Below, piece by piece: positions 60,119-64,000 of a DNA stretch of 64,000 bases (positions are counted from its first letter, which is position 1; every line of letters begins with the position of its first letter). The position numbers were made by a program, and so were the translations under genes. Origin of the DNA: a virus; IMG/VR virus record IMGVR_UViG_3300025117_000036, positions 57,860 through 121,859 of that record, one strand, 5' to 3'. Under the pieces are notes generated by a model. It had not been told where the DNA came from and did no database searches. It saw only the letters and a list, made by a program, of their open reading frames with translations.

Positions 60119-60212
60119 TTGCTTGTAAGTAACAAGCAAATTTTATATAAATTTATCCGTTTTTCCCTTCTGGATTGGAAATCCAGAAACCGCAAATTTT
60201 CAAACTGAATAG

Positions 60213-60447
60213 GTAGGGTAGGGATATCATCCGATAAGGGAAGTGTATACCAGAGGGGCAAATCTAGGAAATTACTAGATAGACTGGTTACACGCTAAAT
60301 TGATAATTCTAATCGGGTATGCTTAGATGAAATTCGAGGATATCAGACAAAATTGAGTTAAACCCTCTTGCGTCTCGAATATGCCCCAAACTATATCAAG
60401 AAAACGATTATCAAATCACTTTACAGGGATATCCAGAAAAACCCTAC
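60213..60447 (+). ncRNA. candidate multibranched structured RNA in the early leader
   Basis: Nested complementary segments (see findings). Confidence 0.5.
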
Positions 60448-60586
60448 AAATTGAACTTTACAAATTTACAAGCTTCAAACCAGAAAATAAGCGAAAATTT
60501 GTTTATTTTCTGGTTTAAGGTTTGTAACCTTAGAATAATCAAACCTATTTCAATTGTCAGAACCAACAAAAAAGAAGGAGTCTAAA

Positions 60587-60856
60587 ATGAAAATTTCTAC
60601 ATCTCGTAAAATCGTTTATAAACATATGGCAGTATTCGCATTATCACAATTGACAATGGAACAAACCCCAAAAGATGAGGATACTCTAATCAATATTGTA
60701 GTACGTGCAATGGATGATTATTGCCATACTAATACTTGTAACGCATATGATTTTGTTATGCCCTACCTGTCAAACCTTATTAATCCATCTTTCCCCGCTT
60801 GTTTTTATGATCTTTGCAAAGCGTGGGATAAATACATGAACGAAAACGAGAATTAA
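60587..60856 (+). CDS. hypothetical early protein
   Basis: AAGGAGTCTAAA-ATG leader. Confidence 0.75.
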   Translation: MKISTSRKIVYKHMAVFALSQLTMEQTPKDEDTLINIVVRAMDDYCHTNTCNAYDFVMPYLSNLINPSFPACFYDLCKAWDKYMNENEN

Positions 60857-60907
60857 ATTTTATTTTCAAACCCCACCAACCAACACAAACAAAAAAAGGA
60901 GTCTACC

Positions 60908-61039
60908 ATGTTTGCAATTGATCCGCGCGTTCTCGCTTTTCTCGCTTTGGTTATCCTGGTTATCTTGATTGTTTGGTTTTTTGTTTGGCCCGCTGTTCAA
61001 ATTATGCTTAATACCGCTGTCACTTTTGGAAACTTCTAA
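60908..61039 (+). CDS. small single-TM protein (43 aa)
   Basis: AAGGAGTCTACC-ATG; MFAIDPRVLAFLALVILVILIVWFFVWPAVQ... Confidence 0.7.
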   Translation: MFAIDPRVLAFLALVILVILIVWFFVWPAVQIMLNTAVTFGNF

Positions 61040-61215
61040 TTTTCCCTAAATTTTCTCAATTTTTCTAATCAGACCATAGTACATAAGACACAGGAAAACA
61101 AACCATATAAGCTTATAGCCTCTTATAAAGAGCTTGAATAAAAAAATATTCAAGCTCTTGAAAGAGCTTATAAACTCTAATCCAACCCAACCAACAAAAA
61201 AAGAAGGAGTCTAAA

Positions 61216-62547
61216 ATGTGCGCATCTCGAAAGTCTACATCAAACCCTATTCAATCCATTACATACCCTATCAGTCTTTCTCAATATGTATCCTACTGGA
61301 CTCAATGGGATATTGTAAGAGAAGTCGTTTCTAATGCGCTTGATACACAAACCAAAGTATCTATCACTCGTGAAAATGACAATCTGGTTATCTCAGATAA
61401 TGGAAATGGATTTTCCGTTGACGCGTTGATTATGGGCATTTCCACAAAACCGGATGAAACCGCAATCGGTCAATTTGGTGAGGGTTTAAAAATCGGTTTG
61501 TTGGTTTGTTCCCGTCTCAATATTGACGTTGAAATTTATACGTCAAATTTGAAATTTTGGAACGAAACAACGAAAATTGGGAATACGGACGTTTTGAAAA
61601 TTTGTTACCAGGAAACCGGAAAATCTATCACTGGTACGCGCGTAGTACTTAAATCCTGGTATCCTGAAAATGAGGACTATAAAGACAGATTCTTATTTAC
61701 AAACCCCCAAAATATCCTAATTTCTACCGATAACGGAAATATCTTAGTGAATCCTCAATCTGATATTTACGTAAAAGGGGTTTCACTTGCATCGAATCCA
61801 GGCTTCAAATTTGCCTACAATATCACCTCAAATTCAGTAAAAATGAATAGAGACAGAAAATCAGTAAACATGGGGGATTTGTTCACTGGAATAGGCGAAA
61901 TTTGGAATAAAATCGAAGATTCTAAGTTGTGGGTAAAATTTTGGGAAAGTGTTAAATCCGGAAAACATGAAAATTCGGTTTATCTGTCACGCCACAATAT
62001 GACAAATGATATATATGCGACTTGTCAACATACCTTTTATAAGGTGTTTGGAGTAAAACCCGCTTTGGTTGAAGATGACTCCGAGTACAGCGAGATTAAA
62101 CATAGGGGTTATGCCCCTATCTTTGATACCATCTTTGGAGGACAATTAAGATGGTTTATTCGCGACTTTGTACCCTATGCCTCTTCAATCATTGAAGAGT
62201 TAAACAAGCAAGAAATAATTTGGGTATCCTCTCATAAGATGGATAATACCCAAAAAGATACAATGTCCACCCTCCGCAAGGTTTGCAAGCGTTATGGATT
62301 TGACAGTAAAATGGTACGCGGTGCAAACCTCTCTAATCATCATGCGCGCGGGTTATACAATCCTCGTGACGGTTTCATTTACATTGATGTATCTTGTCTC
62401 TATGATTTGGTTGAGTCAATCGGAATATTGTTACACGAAATATCCCATGCGGTAACCAATGGTAATGATCTTACTGACACACACGTACAGGGTATTCAAT
62501 CGATTAGTGGAAAGATCATTGCATCTTACAGTAAACACGATTTTTAG
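61216..62547 (+). CDS. GHKL (HATPase_c) ATPase fused to an HExxH metallopeptidase-like domain
   Basis: REVVSNALD, ISDNGNGF, IGQFGEGLK, GTRV; C-terminal LLHEISH. Confidence 0.85.
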   Translation: MCASRKSTSNPIQSITYPISLSQYVSYWTQWDIVREVVSNALDTQTKVSITRENDNLVISDNGNGFSVDALIMGISTKPDETAIGQFGEGLKIGLLVCSRLNIDVEIYTSNLKFWNETTKIGNTDVLKICYQETGKSITGTRVVLKSWYPENEDYKDRFLFTNPQNILISTDNGNILVNPQSDIYVKGVSLASNPGFKFAYNITSNSVKMNRDRKSVNMGDLFTGIGEIWNKIEDSKLWVKFWESVKSGKHENSVYLSRHNMTNDIYATCQHTFYKVFGVKPALVEDDSEYSEIKHRGYAPIFDTIFGGQLRWFIRDFVPYASSIIEELNKQEIIWVSSHKMDNTQKDTMSTLRKVCKRYGFDSKMVRGANLSNHHARGLYNPRDGFIYIDVSCLYDLVESIGILLHEISHAVTNGNDLTDTHVQGIQSISGKIIASYSKHDF

Positions 62548-62704
62548 ACAATCGTAAATTTTCCTCTTTCATGCGCTACAGGATATCTAACAGATAATTC
62601 ATTTTATAAGATATCCTGTAGCGAAAAAAGAGAAAAATTTGTAAAATTTTTTCAGAAAATAGTCAATTAACAGACAGAATAAAACAAATCAAAAGGAGTC
62701 TAGC

Positions 62705-64000
62705 ATGAAAACCTTGCCTCTATGTCCGGTTTGCAAATCCCCTCTTGTCAAACGCAATGGCAAATTTGGGGATTTTTGGGGGTGTTCTATGTTTTCAAAA
62801 ACCCATTGTAAGGGAAGTCTTTCACCTTACAAGTATAATGCTTTGCTTGAAACCTTAAACCCTACTAATAACGGTAACAACAAAGATAATCAGGAAAACC
62901 CTATCAACAAACCCGAAAAAACGATAATTTTTTCAAAATATCAAGAGGAAATCATTAGGGTTTTTACTGAAACAACAAAAAATATGATTATCCGCGCGTG
63001 TGCTGGAAGTGGTAAATCTTTTATGCTGGTGCAATTGGCAAAACGAATCCCTTCCACAAAGAAAACAATCTTCATTGCTTTTGGAAAAGACCTGGTTAAA
63101 GACTTATCCCCTAAAATCCCCGAATATTGTATCTTCAAAACATCACACGCTTTAGGATTGTCTAATTTTTCTCGTTTCATGGGTAGCAAAAAATTTGTTG
63201 TTAATGTCAACAAACTATACGATTTGTTGAAAGTTTACATGGCGGAAAATCCGACCATAGCAGAAGAAGTTAAAGCGAACGAAAGTACAATCATCCGCAT
63301 TGTAGATTTGATCAAAGAATACATGTTAGATTGTAGCATGGAAAGCATATCCTACATATCAGACAAGCATACCCTAGTACTTAATGGCAATACAAGTATT
63401 ATGGTTAATGCTATTAATTGGCTATATACCACCTCGCTTGCAAGCTTGAATCAAGTAGATTTTACCGATATGTTATACCTATGTGCTACAGGAATTGTAC
63501 CATGTGAAACATTTGATTATATTCTGGTTGATGAGGTGCAAGATTTTAACGCTTGTCAGATCATTTTAGTAGAAAAATCCCTTAAACCTGGAGGGAGAAT
63601 TATAGCCGTAGGTGATGAAAATCAATCTATTTTTGCATTTCGCGCCGCGGATAGTCAAGCAATGACAAAAATCGAATCCCATTTCACATGTGTCAATTTA
63701 CCGCTCAGTATATGTTATAGGTGTCCTCAAACCGTCATAGACTTCATTAATTCCGAATTCCCTGGAATTTCTTTTGAAGGGAAACCAAACAACACAAAAG
63801 GTATTTTAGAGTCTATTTCTACTCAACAATTTGAGGATATCGTAAGGGATGGAAATCTTGTACTTTGTCGCAATAATGCCCCTCTTGTCAAGTATGCTTA
63901 TAAACTACTCTCTAGGGGCATTAAGGTTACAATTAAAGGGCGCGAAATCGGTACAAACCTCATTAACCTAATCGTCAAAATCGAAAAGAAGTACAATACA
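62705..64000 (+). CDS. UvrD/Rep superfamily-1 helicase with N-terminal topoisomerase-type Zn ribbon (runs off the window)
   Basis: Manual translation: CPVC...NGKFGDFWGC, ACAGSGKS (Walker A), LVDEVQD, AVGDENQSIFAFR, LSICYRCP. Confidence 0.92.
   Translation, partial: MKTLPLCPVCKSPLVKRNGKFGDFWGCSMFSKTHCKGSLSPYKYNALLETLNPTNNGNNKDNQENPINKPEKTIIFSKYQEEIIRVFTETTKNMIIRACAGSGKSFMLVQLAKRIPSTKKTIFIAFGKDLVKDLSPKIPEYCIFKTSHALGLSNFSRFMGSKKFVVNVNKLYDLLKVYMAENPTIAEEVKANESTIIRIVDLIKEYMLDCSMESISYISDKHTLVLNGNTSIMVNAINWLYTTSLASLNQVDFTDMLYLCATGIVPCETFDYILVDEVQDFNACQIILVEKSLKPGGRIIAVGDENQSIFAFRAADSQAMTKIESHFTCVNLPLSICYRCPQTVIDFINSEFPGISFEGKPNNTKGILESISTQQFEDIVRDGNLVLCRNNAPLVKYAYKLLSRGIKVTIKGREIGTNLINLIVKIEKKYNT

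Noticed and set aside
60243-60295. c-di-GMP-I riboswitch (GGCAAA...GAAA)
   Set aside because: It lacks the downstream GCAAA and second-stem consensus; kept only as part of an unassigned structured RNA.
1-64000. tRNA/rRNA genes and alternative genetic code
   Set aside because: No cloverleaf or rRNA was recognised by eye (tRNAscan not run); genes read through fully under the standard code using all three stop codons.

Overview
A 64-kb segment of a large, AT-rich tailed phage (Caudoviricetes) with SPbeta/c-st-like gene order. 1-9.3 kb (+) is a nucleotide-metabolism module: ThyX, intein-containing GMP reductase/IMPDH-family enzyme, 5'(3')-nucleotidase, dNMP kinase, thioredoxin, class II RNR, HNH and MazG. 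9.36-57 kb (-) is a lysis and morphogenesis module: endolysin, tail tip, Dit, tape measure, tyrosine recombinase, RuvC, holin, tail tube, fibre, capsid, protease, portal and terminase, headed by an HU-like gene and a YonO-like single-subunit RNA polymerase. 57.3-60.5 kb holds an HTH gene, 21-bp iterons and a long skewed non-coding region. From 60.5 kb (+) lie probable early genes including a GHKL ATPase and a UvrD-like helicase. Main observations: (1) the tape-measure gene is split by three group I introns whose splice sites rebuild a 1711-aa protein, and intron 3 appears to end in A instead of G; (2) a high-GC LamG + sialidase-like cassette is bounded exactly by two 11-6-11 Xer/dif-like sites, and its two ORFs look joinable by a -1 frameshift; (3) the tape-measure C-terminus has seven PEMVTGG repeats; (4) there are several candidate structured RNAs. 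All calls are by eye from motifs; no database searches were run.
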